NCBI GenBank assembly: GCA_963822585.1
Contig: CAWGIE010000043.1
Location: 1-17,108, forward strand
Direction of reading: 5' to 3'
From: an uncultured bacterium
GTDB lineage: Bacteria > Auribacterota > Erginobacteria > Erginobacterales > Erginobacteraceae
DNA: 17,108 nucleotides
Shown here: one piece after another, positions 6,006 through 14,548 of the stretch
Position numbering within the stretch: the first letter of the stretch is position 1
How the letters are laid out: every line of letters begins with the position of its first letter
The notes under the pieces: model-generated
What the model saw: only the letters and a program-made list of their open reading frames with translations
Database searches by the model: none
What the model was told of the DNA's origin: nothing
Translations under genes and position numbers: made by a program

Positions 6006-7823
6006 TTAAATAAGGCCGGAGGATTTTTCCAAAATACCGCTTTGATCCATCTCGCGCGCCCGTTCTTTCCAAGACGCCCGCAATTCCCTCCACTTCCCGC
6101 GGAAGCAGCCGTTCCGGCACGGACAGCGCCGGCAGGCGTTCCGATCGGTGCACCGCGGGATCGGGAGACCGGCGAACTTCCTTCCTTTGGCATCTTGATT
6201 GACAAAGCCGGCGTAGTTTTCGTTCAAAAGATTTTTCAGCCGGTCGGCGGAGACGGAACCCCCGAACTCCTCCCGGAGGCGCCTGAGAATATCGCGATCC
6301 CGCGCCGCTTTCAGTCGGCAATAGCGGGAAAAAACGTCCGCCGCCGGCGGTTCCGGGGCAAGCGCTTCCCCCGTGTAGCCGGGGAGAGCCTGGTCCAAGA
6401 CCGCGGCGGCTTTCCCGTATTCCTTCGCCTCGACGAGCATGAAGGCCAGGAGCCACCGGGGATCGAGCCAGGAGAAGACCGGGACCCGCCCGAAGAGTTT
6501 AGCCAGTTTCAAAAGAAAGGAACTCGCGTATCGATCCACGTAGTTAAAGAGAAGATCGGCGCAATCCTTTAAGCGATCGCGGGAAGTCGTTGAGAGGTTG
6601 AATATCACGTCCAGAATATCGTCGATCTCACCGACCAGCTTCACGTCAAGAAGAAGGTCGGGATTGATCGGGGACATCTTCTCCACGTAGATATAGTAAC
6701 CGGGGAAACCGAGGATGGAGAAGTCGCGGATGTAAGCCGAGCCGCCGCCGGGCCGCAGCCGGTTGAATAAAAAGCGCAGATAGTGCCGGTTGTTTGAGGG
6801 GCGACTGAGGAACGCGTCTTCAAAACGGGCTTCCCCGGTATCGCTCAGGAGCCGCTCAGTCATGAGATGCGGCGCGTTATAGACGCTGTCGGGTTTATCA
6901 GCGGTGGCACCGCCTCTCCCCGGGCCCAACTCCGGCCGGTTTCGGCCCTGGAGGGCCTCGGTCAGGCAGCGTTGAAGAGCGATATCGAAGAGAGGATCGG
7001 CACCGAGGGCGACCGCGACATTACCCGTCACGCTGTCTCGGAGGATCACTCCCAGGACGGGAAACCTCCCTCCCAGCGTGCAGTCCTTGACGGTGACGTC
7101 ACAACCACTGTCGATAATCTCCCCGAGCAGGTATTGTAAAAAAGGGCTCCGGAGCCTAACCTTCCGAAGGTCGATGGTGGGAAATCCCTCGACCCCTCCG
7201 CTGTAAAACCGGTGCAAGGCATGTCTCTCCATGATCTCGCAGAGTCCCTGGCTGCAGGCCTCTTCGAAATTGTTTCCCGCGCACATCCCGGTCGAACCCG
7301 AAGCCGTGTACATCAGAGAGATGGGGAGATCCGCAACAGATTGGTCGAAAATATCTCCGGCCGGTAGAGTGGGCAGTTCTTCCGGAAGCAGGGGATAGAG
7401 CCGGGAATCCATATTTTCAAAAAGGGGCTGATGACGGTTGTAGAGTTCATCACGTCCCCGAACCCGTCGGGGCAGGGGAGCTTCTTCGGTATTTTTCATC
7501 AACCCCAGCCGGGCAAAATGAAAGCCCCCCCGACACTGCAGCCGTTCGATGAATTCGGCGTAAGCGCTGGCCAGGGCATATTCTTTTCTGATCCCCTTAC
7601 CGTTGGCGATGAAGAAGGGGTAGTCGCGGAAAATCAGGAAACAGGAGCAGCAATTCCGGTACGGCTGCTTCCAGCTCAGGTAAACGTTTTCTTTCCGAAA
7701 ACCCACCCAGTTCAGTCGCTCCTGGATCAGCTCCACGGTTCGGGAGGGAAGACGGTCTTTATGGAGATCGAAGATACCGGGAGAAGATGAGGAAGATTGA
7801 TAACTTGTCTCTATCTCAGTCAT
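6006..7823 (-). CDS. ycaO: Stand-alone YcaO-family protein (YcaO-2), GC-rich, with C-terminal Cys cluster
   Basis: NGKG…ASAYAEFIERLQ, STGMCAGNN-EEA…EIMER, KDCTLGGRFPV, QRCLTE (Rx3E), YIRDFSILGFPGY; C-terminal CTDRNACRRCPCRNGC. Confidence 0.92.
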   Translation of the reverse strand: MTEIETSYQSSSSSPGIFDLHKDRLPSRTVELIQERLNWVGFRKENVYLSWKQPYRNCCSCFLIFRDYPFFIANGKGIRKEYALASAYAEFIERLQCRGGFHFARLGLMKNTEEAPLPRRVRGRDELYNRHQPLFENMDSRLYPLLPEELPTLPAGDIFDQSVADLPISLMYTASGSTGMCAGNNFEEACSQGLCEIMERHALHRFYSGGVEGFPTIDLRKVRLRSPFLQYLLGEIIDSGCDVTVKDCTLGGRFPVLGVILRDSVTGNVAVALGADPLFDIALQRCLTEALQGRNRPELGPGRGGATADKPDSVYNAPHLMTERLLSDTGEARFEDAFLSRPSNNRHYLRFLFNRLRPGGGSAYIRDFSILGFPGYYIYVEKMSPINPDLLLDVKLVGEIDDILDVIFNLSTTSRDRLKDCADLLFNYVDRYASSFLLKLAKLFGRVPVFSWLDPRWLLAFMLVEAKEYGKAAAVLDQALPGYTGEALAPEPPAADVFSRYCRLKAARDRDILRRLREEFGGSVSADRLKNLLNENYAGFVNQDAKGRKFAGLPIPRCTDRNACRRCPCRNGCFRGKWRELRASWKERAREMDQSGILEKSSGLI

Positions 7824-7835
7824 GCCGTATAATAC
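7805..7835 (+). promoter_or_regulatory. Sigma70-type promoter TTGTCT-N17-TATAAT overlapping a divergent -10 for ycaO-2
   Basis: TTGTCT 7805-7810, TATAAT 7828-7833; palindrome GTATAATAC 7827-7835 gives TATTAT on the - strand 5 nt before the ycaO-2 ATG. Confidence 0.6.
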
Positions 7836-7912
7836 ACTCTTTTAACGAGGGGCTAGAAAACAGGAAGAAAGTACTTTACAGCCCCGCCGCGAAGAGGAAT
7901 AGAGAATTTTTC

Positions 7913-9073
7913 GTGAGTCAGCAGGAATTCAGAGAAAAAGTCCTCAAGACCCTGGGGGCTTCCCCCGGCGAGGTGAGAGAATTAATCGCCTACGATCAAA
8001 ACCGCTTCGACCACTCCGGCGTAAAGACTCGGATAAAAATCCCCCTGCCGGACGAGCTTTTCATGGCCGCCTGGGAAATCTATGATCAGGAAGCCAAAGA
8101 GAAGGAGTTGTTCGCGGTTCTGAGGAACAACCTGGTTCAGTTGCGATTTCCCATCCGGAAAGGGATCAGTCAAACCCGCGATTACCGGGCGGCCACCCTG
8201 AGCGGCGTCCCTCCGGAAGGAATACCCGAAGCGACCGGTCTCAAAATACTTTCTCCCGCCCAGCTCCAATTGGACCTGTATCAGAGTCTTGCCGGCCGGA
8301 TCCCGACTATTGTCTCTACCCAACGAAAGGACTTTGTCTCCCTGGTCCGGGCGCTGGCGATGAAGAATGAACCCGTTCCGATTCCAAAATCGATGGGTTC
8401 GGTGACGGTCGCCGGCTACAACGACTGGTCCCGGATCCGCCGGCTGCGGGAAGAATGGGAAACGAAGAATCCGACCGGCGATTGGGCGAACGAGTTCGAG
8501 CGCATCATCCCCCGGAAGGAACTCTACCAGGACCGTTTCATCATTCTCAGTGACGGTCCCTACAGTGGTGTCCCCGCCAAAGATATGGGGGTGACGGTTA
8601 AAGAATGGCGCCGTCTCTCTCTGGTCATCCGCCGGCACCATGAGTGTACCCATTACTTTACCCGGCGGCTTTTCTCCTCGATGAAGAACCGCCTGATCGA
8701 CGAACTGATCGCCGACTACATGGGGATCGTGGCGGCGGCCGGACGGTACCGGGCGGATTGGTTTCTCCGGTTCGTGGGACTGGAAGATTTCCCGCAATAC
8801 AGAAAAGGGGGCCGGCTGGAAAATTACCGGGGCGATCCTCCTCTCTCCGACGGCGCCTTCAAGATACTCCAGGCCCTGGTCCAGCGGGCGGCGGAAAACC
8901 TGGATCGTTTCGATGCCCGGTACGGAAAAGAATTGCGGACGCCGCGTGGCCGGGCCATTGCTATTACGACTCTGACCTTCCCCACCCTGGAAGAACTGGC
9001 GTCCGACCGGGCACTCTCGATATTGCAAACCGGGCTCGGAAAAGCCGGAATATTATTTATCCGGGAATCGTAA
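7913..9073 (+). CDS. Conserved hypothetical HExxH-motif protein (putative metallopeptidase/metalloenzyme)
   Basis: HECTH (8639-8653) followed by DELIAD; no signal peptide. GTG 7913 (MSQQEFREKV…) preferred over ATG 7787, which would overlap ycaO-2 and lie upstream of the predicted promoter. Confidence 0.75.
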   Translation: MSQQEFREKVLKTLGASPGEVRELIAYDQNRFDHSGVKTRIKIPLPDELFMAAWEIYDQEAKEKELFAVLRNNLVQLRFPIRKGISQTRDYRAATLSGVPPEGIPEATGLKILSPAQLQLDLYQSLAGRIPTIVSTQRKDFVSLVRALAMKNEPVPIPKSMGSVTVAGYNDWSRIRRLREEWETKNPTGDWANEFERIIPRKELYQDRFIILSDGPYSGVPAKDMGVTVKEWRRLSLVIRRHHECTHYFTRRLFSSMKNRLIDELIADYMGIVAAAGRYRADWFLRFVGLEDFPQYRKGGRLENYRGDPPLSDGAFKILQALVQRAAENLDRFDARYGKELRTPRGRAIAITTLTFPTLEELASDRALSILQTGLGKAGILFIRES

Positions 9074-9139
9074 TTAATAACTGAACCGGATCCTGCCTTT
9101 TTCTTGTTATTCAATAAAAGGTTTTATACCATACACGGG

Positions 9140-10591
9140 ATGAATGGCCGCCTGAATTATCTGATTTCGCTGATCGGTATTCTGTTGTTGTTCTTTATCG
9201 CTCCGCTTCTGTCGCCGATCCGGGCCCAAGCGGAGAAAGATCTTCTCCCAGAAGAAGTTCGCGCCGCCCTGGCTTTGTTTGATAGCAAAATAGACGCCCT
9301 CCCGGCTCTTTTGATCGTCCCCCCCGGCAGCGATCTTCGTTTGCAAAAATACCAGGAACTGGCCCGGGAACGGAACCTTTCCCTCATGATCGCCCAGGGG
9401 ACGGTACGCTCCGATGAAGAGCAGTTGCGGGCCGACCTGGCCGCGCTCTTCCCCCAATTTGATTTTAATGCCGATTACAGCCGTTCCCGCCAACAGGAAG
9501 ATTATTTCACGCAATGGCTGGCCCAGTTCACGGTGGATCAGCCGCTCTGGGACGGCCAACTCTGGGGGACCTACCGGCAGCAGCGGGCTCAGGTCTCCTA
9601 CTCTCAATTTTCCCGCGACGGGGTCCTGCAATCCCTGGATTACGAGATCGCCCAAGCCTACTATAACCTGGTGAGGTATAACCAGGCCATCGATGAGAAT
9701 ATGCGTCAGGTCACCCAGCTGAACGATCAGTTGCGGATCATTCGGGAGATGCTGGCCGCCGGAAGCAAGACCAAAGCCGATCTCCTCCGGGCGGAGAACG
9801 CGCTGCTGGAAGAACTGAATTTCCTGATGAGCAGTATCGATCAGGCCCGTCTTCAGATCATCGAATTCAACCGGATCCTCCATCTGCCCCCGGATACCCG
9901 CGTCTCCCTCCATCAACTGGGGCAGGTGAAATTGCTTTTGCCGGAGTTTGAGGCTTGCCTGACCCAGGCCTATGAACAGCGGCCAGACATCAGACAGAGC
10001 CAGGCTCTGGTCCGGGTGGCGGAAGCGGGAGTCACCCTGGCTTCCCAGAATTTTTTTCCCACCGTCGGGGTGCAGGGAGCGTATGGCTGGCAGGATGCAG
10101 ATGACGATAGTTCGGGTTCCTCCCATCGTTCCTGGTCCCTGGGGGCGACGGTGAGCCTGCCGATATTTCACAGCACCCAGAACTGGTCCCTGCTGGCCTC
10201 CGCCCGGGAGCTGGAGCGAAACGCCCGAACCGGTCTGGCCCAGGTCAGGGATCAGGCCTCGGCGGAGATCGGCAGCACGGTGACCACCATCTCGGACACG
10301 ATTGTCCAGATCCAGCTTTTGCATAAAAACGCCGAATATGCCCAGACCCTCTGGGAGGTGGAGAAGGAACTCTATTCCCGGGGGACGATCCTCACTTCGG
10401 ATCTTTATCAATCATTTAATATTTTGCTGGAGGTCCGGTTGTCCCTGATCAATACGGTCTGCGATTATCTGACCCTGATGAGCCAGCTACAGCAGGAGAT
10501 CGGCGGGGGCCCGCTCCCTTCTCCGCTTCTCTCGCGGGGCGCCATATCAATAACCACTCTGTACCGGAGCGGCGCACCGACCCAAAATTAG
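9140..10591 (+). CDS. TolC-family outer membrane efflux protein
   Basis: Signal-peptide-like N-terminus (…PIRAQA-E); repeated OEP motifs (LFPQFDFNADY…DQPLWDG, IAQAYYNL, QRPDIRQ, FFPTVGVQGAYG…SLPIF). ATG 9140 preferred over TTG 9104. Confidence 0.88.
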   Translation: MNGRLNYLISLIGILLLFFIAPLLSPIRAQAEKDLLPEEVRAALALFDSKIDALPALLIVPPGSDLRLQKYQELARERNLSLMIAQGTVRSDEEQLRADLAALFPQFDFNADYSRSRQQEDYFTQWLAQFTVDQPLWDGQLWGTYRQQRAQVSYSQFSRDGVLQSLDYEIAQAYYNLVRYNQAIDENMRQVTQLNDQLRIIREMLAAGSKTKADLLRAENALLEELNFLMSSIDQARLQIIEFNRILHLPPDTRVSLHQLGQVKLLLPEFEACLTQAYEQRPDIRQSQALVRVAEAGVTLASQNFFPTVGVQGAYGWQDADDDSSGSSHRSWSLGATVSLPIFHSTQNWSLLASARELERNARTGLAQVRDQASAEIGSTVTTISDTIVQIQLLHKNAEYAQTLWEVEKELYSRGTILTSDLYQSFNILLEVRLSLINTVCDYLTLMSQLQQEIGGGPLPSPLLSRGAISITTLYRSGAPTQN

Positions 10592-10622
10592 AACGGTTAA
10601 GAGGACTTGGAGGGAATTATAC

Positions 10623-12011
10623 ATGAAGCAACCAGATACACCGGCGCCCGCTGCCAAACAATCAGAGAATCCTCCGGGCGCCGAAACCGCCACCAAACCG
10701 GAAGCGGATGCCAAGAGACCCCAGACCGCTCAGGCGGCTGAAATCGCCGACCAGGGTCTTTTCCGGAAGGCGGCGATTGAACACTATTACGCGGAGGAAG
10801 AAAGTCATGTCGATGACGCTTTACAGGTAAGCCGTCCTTCCGACTGGATTGTCATTGGAACCGCCACCGTTTTGGCCGTGCTCTTCCTGATCTGGGCTTT
10901 CGTGGGAAACATACCGGTCATGGTCCAGGGAACCGGCCTGATCCTTCCCGTCGGCGGAGTGGCCCGGGTAGTGACCGAAAACGGAGGCACGGTAGTGTCG
11001 CCCCCCCCGGCCAACGGCCGTCGGGTCAAAATAGGCGATCTTCTGGTCAAAATCATTCCGGAAACCACCCGGCAGAATTTCAAGAACGCGGTCGAGAATG
11101 AAGAAACGGCCAAACAAAATTATCAGGCTCAAAAGTCATCTTACGAGGCGGTGAAGAAGGCCACCGATGAAGCTCAGAACACGTACCTCAAGTTAATGGC
11201 GGAGAACCTCAAAAAACTCAAGGAGATCGTGACCGACCAGGCAAAGCAGTATCAGACCCTGAAGGAATTATCCAGCAAGCAGATGGTAACCACCTCCGAT
11301 CTTCTGGCCGCGGAAGAGTCGGCCGCCAACGCCTATCAGACCTATAACCAGGCTGAAATCCAGCTCGCCCAGCAGAAGGTCACGGTCCAGGAGGATCTCC
11401 TCCAGCAGGAAATGTCCCTGCGCGCGGCCGAAGCGAGTTATCTGACCGCCCGGGAAGGACGCAAGTATCAGGAGTCATTGATGGAGACCGGGGAAATCCA
11501 TGCCCCCATCGATGGGATTGTTCGCCAATGTACCCTGGAGGCCGGAGATTCGGTGGCGGCGGGAGCGGTGATTTGCCTGATTGAAAGCGCGGGTCCCCCG
11601 GAGATGGTATATCAGTTCTTTGCCACCGACGACGCCAAAAAGTTGCAGGTCGGTTCACCGGTCGAAATGGCGGTAGTGAGTTATCCGGCCGACCGGTACG
11701 GGAAACTGATCGGACGGGTAACCGCGGTGGACCCCTTGCCGGCGACTCAGGAATTGATTGAGGAGAGCTGCAGCTATTCCCAAGATCTCGCTCAGAGTCT
11801 GGGGAACCGGCAGGCGGTGAGCCGGGTTGACATACTTCTGGAAACCACCGAACAGGACGGGAAAACACATTTTGTCAAGACCGGGGGCGGCAGCCCCTTC
11901 CCGGTCTCGTCCGGCATGGTCTGCAGCGGGGAAGCGGTCGTGGAAAGCCAGGTCCCCATCACGTTGGTGATCCCGGCACTTAAGAAATGGTTTGGGGTAA
12001 CTGAAATGTGA
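10623..12011 (+). CDS. NHLP bacteriocin system secretion protein (HlyD-family membrane fusion protein)
   Basis: LFRKAAIE…DDALQV N-terminal motif, single TM helix, VQGTGLILP, long coiled coil, IHAPIDGIV lipoyl-like half motif, YGKLIGRV, PITLVIP; RBS GGAGG upstream. Confidence 0.9.
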   Translation: MKQPDTPAPAAKQSENPPGAETATKPEADAKRPQTAQAAEIADQGLFRKAAIEHYYAEEESHVDDALQVSRPSDWIVIGTATVLAVLFLIWAFVGNIPVMVQGTGLILPVGGVARVVTENGGTVVSPPPANGRRVKIGDLLVKIIPETTRQNFKNAVENEETAKQNYQAQKSSYEAVKKATDEAQNTYLKLMAENLKKLKEIVTDQAKQYQTLKELSSKQMVTTSDLLAAEESAANAYQTYNQAEIQLAQQKVTVQEDLLQQEMSLRAAEASYLTAREGRKYQESLMETGEIHAPIDGIVRQCTLEAGDSVAAGAVICLIESAGPPEMVYQFFATDDAKKLQVGSPVEMAVVSYPADRYGKLIGRVTAVDPLPATQELIEESCSYSQDLAQSLGNRQAVSRVDILLETTEQDGKTHFVKTGGGSPFPVSSGMVCSGEAVVESQVPITLVIPALKKWFGVTEM

Positions 12012-12084
12012 GGGGGCAGCGGATAATAACTTTAGGAAAAGATAAGATTTTTTTCAAAGCTTGCCAGAATTGGGTAGCCAAAAA

Positions 12085-12192
12085 GGAGTAGTGGAATGGT
12101 GGAGTAATGGAGTAATGGAAAATCGTCCGGATCCAAATTTTTATGCAAACTATTTTCCCAGTATTCCATTACTCCAACTCCCCAATACTCCA
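12085..12192. repeat. Inverted pair of 8-bp tandem arrays (ggagtaat)n … (ttactcca)n
   Basis: Left arm ggagtagt ggaatggt ggagtaat ggagtaat ggaaaa (12085-12122); right arm ttttccca gtattcca ttactcca actcccca atactcca (12153-12192). Confidence 0.85.
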
Positions 12193-12197
12193 CGTTG

Positions 12198-12221
12198 ATA
12201 ATGTATAGATTTTTACATTAT
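12198..12221. promoter_or_regulatory. 8-8-8 palindrome ATAATGTA-N8-TACATTAT, possible operator upstream of the peptidase transporter
   Basis: Perfect 8-bp arms at 12198-12205 and 12214-12221, ~40 nt before the start codon. Confidence 0.4.
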
Positions 12222-12263
12222 TTTTAGTTCGCATCGTTCTTAACGTATTTCCATGTGATCCCC

Positions 12264-14402
12264 ATGTCTTTCTTTCATAAATGGAAAGTGCCTCTGGTCC
12301 TGCAGATGGAGGCGGTAGAGTGCGGCGCGGCCGCCTTGACGATGATCCTGCGGTATTACGGCAAGATGCTCCCCCTCGACCAGGTACGGATCGCCTGCGG
12401 AGTGAGCCGGGACGGTTCCAATGCCGGCAGCATGCTCAAAGCGGCCCGCAACTTTGGTCTGGACTCCTACGGTTACCGGATGGAAGTGGCCGACCTGGAA
12501 AAAGCGCATCTGCCGGCGATTATTCACTGGGAGTTCGACCATTTCCTGGTGGTGGAAAAGTTCACGCGCCGGTGGGTCTACCTGGCCGATTCCGCCCGCG
12601 GCTATCGCCGGGTCAGCCGGGAGCACTTCAACGGCTGTTTTACCGGGATCGTCCTGATCTGCCGTCCGGGACCGGACTTCCATCCCGGAGACGCCCGGCC
12701 TTCCACCCTGGTCGATCTTTTGGCCATACTCCGGGGAGCCCGGGCCGGTCTTTTTCTGGTCGGGGGCGCCTCCCTGATCGTCACCCTGATCGGTTTCGGG
12801 GTCCCGGTTTTTACCCAGGTCTTCATCGACAACGTTCTGGTCCGGCGGCAGGCGGAGTGGCAGACCATATTATTATGGGGGCTGTTCTTCATGGTTTTGC
12901 TCCAGGTGCTGACCGGATACGTCCGGAGCCGGCTGCTGGTCAATATCCGTCTCAAGTTGAGCTTCTCCATGTTGAACCGTTTCGTCAAACACATGATCTC
13001 GCTCCCCATCAGCTTTTTCAACGAGCGCGGCGCGGGGGACCTGATGGCGCGCGTTGACCTGAACAACAATCTCCGGCAGTTGCTGAGCGATTCCCTGATC
13101 ACCGCTCTATTGGATATCACCCTGGTCGTCCTCTATTTCCTGCTCATGCTTTTTTACGACCTGGCTCTGGCCGCTATCGTGGCGGCGGCGGCCGTGATCA
13201 ACGTCGCCACCATCCTGCTGGTCAACCGGGCCCGGGTCAACCAGAACGAGCTGATGCTCTCGGAGGAAGCCAAGCAGCGCTCGGCCGAACTGGTGGCGAT
13301 GTCGATGATCGAGACCATAAAATCTTCCGGCGCCGAAGACGCCACCTTTGCCCGCTGGCGGGGGCTGGCCGTCAACACGGTCAACGTTGAGCAGAGCTTC
13401 CGGCGGCTCGATATCCCTCTTCAGACGGTCCCGGTTCTGGCCTCGGCCGTTGTCACCGGACTCGTCCTCTGGATCGGGGCTACCCGGGTCATCGCCGGGG
13501 TGATGACCATCGGTATGGTCATGGCCTTTCAAGCCCTTCAGGCGGCGTTTCTGGCCCCGGTCACCCGGCTGGTTTCGTTTGCCGGATCCCTCCAACAGGT
13601 TAAAGGCAACTGGGAGCGGATTGAGGACGTCCTCCGGTCCCCGCCCGAACGGCCTCCCCGCGATCCGGCCCCGATCGGACTTCTTTCCGGCCGGATCGAG
13701 CTGAAAAATATCACCTTCGGTTACAATCCGGTAGCGCCTCCCCTGATCAATAACTTCAATCTTACCGTCGAACCGGGACGGCAGGTCGCCCTGGTGGGGC
13801 CTTCGGGAGCGGGAAAGAGTACCATCGCCAAACTCATTACCGGGATCCTGCTTCCCCAGAGCGGGGAGGTATCCTTCAATGGAGTCAATATCAATAAGAT
13901 CGATCTGCGCCTCCTTCGGCGCCAGATCGGCATCGTTAACCAGGCTCCTTTTCTGTTTAAAGGAACGATTCGGGATAACATAAGCCTCTGGGATGAAGCG
14001 CTATCGATGGAGGAAATCATCCGGTCGGCTAAGGACGCCTGCATCGACGAGGAGATTATGTCCCGGCCGGACGGGTACGACACCATGCTGGAAGAAGAGG
14101 GGAGCAACCTGAGCGGCGGCCAGCAACAGCGCGTCTGCATCGCCCGGGGTCTGGCCCATAACCCCCCGATTCTTCTGCTGGATGAGGCGACCAGTTCGCT
14201 GGACTCCGTGACCGAGGAACGGGTGATCGGGAATCTTCTTCGCCGCGGCTGCACCCTGATCGAGATCGCCCACCGGCTCTCCACCATTCGCGACGCCGAT
14301 GAGATTATCGTTCTTGAGCACGGCAAGGTGGTGGAGAGGGGGACCCATGAAGAGTTGATGAAACTGAATGGAGTGTACGCTTCCCTGATTAAAACAGGAT
14401 AG
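12264..14402 (+). CDS. NHLP family bacteriocin export ABC transporter, C39 peptidase/permease/ATPase (PCAT)
   Basis: VPLVLQMEAVECGAA (catalytic Cys), IIHWEFDHFLVV (His), TM domain, Walker A GPSGAGKS, LSGGQQQR, LLLDE, AHRLST. Start ATG 12264 or GTG 12255. Confidence 0.95.
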   Translation: MSFFHKWKVPLVLQMEAVECGAAALTMILRYYGKMLPLDQVRIACGVSRDGSNAGSMLKAARNFGLDSYGYRMEVADLEKAHLPAIIHWEFDHFLVVEKFTRRWVYLADSARGYRRVSREHFNGCFTGIVLICRPGPDFHPGDARPSTLVDLLAILRGARAGLFLVGGASLIVTLIGFGVPVFTQVFIDNVLVRRQAEWQTILLWGLFFMVLLQVLTGYVRSRLLVNIRLKLSFSMLNRFVKHMISLPISFFNERGAGDLMARVDLNNNLRQLLSDSLITALLDITLVVLYFLLMLFYDLALAAIVAAAAVINVATILLVNRARVNQNELMLSEEAKQRSAELVAMSMIETIKSSGAEDATFARWRGLAVNTVNVEQSFRRLDIPLQTVPVLASAVVTGLVLWIGATRVIAGVMTIGMVMAFQALQAAFLAPVTRLVSFAGSLQQVKGNWERIEDVLRSPPERPPRDPAPIGLLSGRIELKNITFGYNPVAPPLINNFNLTVEPGRQVALVGPSGAGKSTIAKLITGILLPQSGEVSFNGVNINKIDLRLLRRQIGIVNQAPFLFKGTIRDNISLWDEALSMEEIIRSAKDACIDEEIMSRPDGYDTMLEEEGSNLSGGQQQRVCIARGLAHNPPILLLDEATSSLDSVTEERVIGNLLRRGCTLIEIAHRLSTIRDADEIIVLEHGKVVERGTHEELMKLNGVYASLIKTG

Positions 14403-14438
14403 GTGCTTAATTTAATCGCGTGCCATCAAATAAATTGA

Positions 14439-14536
14439 ACCACGAAGAACACGAAGTTCACGAAGATTTTTTAAAAAATGAATAATAATCCGGTTCTCTG
14501 TTCAACATCCTTCGTGTTCTTCGTGCTCTTCGTGGT
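14439..14536. repeat. Inverted pair of 9-bp-period tandem arrays (cacgaag x3 … cttcgtg x3)
   Basis: accacgaag aa cacgaag tt cacgaag (14439-14465), AT-rich spacer, cttcgtg tt cttcgtg ct cttcgtggt (14510-14536). Confidence 0.9.
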
Positions 14537-14548
14537 GAATTAACCTGT

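Noticed and set aside
2108..7823. Calling the cluster a TOMM/LAP, thioamitide, lanthipeptide or proteusin
   Set aside because: No E1/ThiF partner, SagB-type dehydrogenase, TfuA, LanM or epimerase/B12-methyltransferase rSAM is visible in the window; class left open.
7787..7912. ATG 7787 as the start of the HExxH gene
   Set aside because: Would overlap ycaO-2 head-to-head and precede the predicted promoter; GTG 7913 is more plausible.
7982..10411. Long minus-strand ORFs 7982-9028 and 9107-10411
   Set aside because: Antisense shadows of the HExxH and TolC genes, typical of GC-rich codon usage.
12191..12218. dif/XerCD-like site (…GATAA TGTATA GATTTTTACAT)
   Set aside because: ATAA-TGTATA matches E. 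coli dif, but the normally highly conserved XerD arm matches only 6 of 11 positions; better explained as the local palindrome.
12085..14536. CRISPR array interpretation of the intergenic repeats
   Set aside because: Units are 8-9 bp, tandem and inverted, with no unique spacers and no cas genes.
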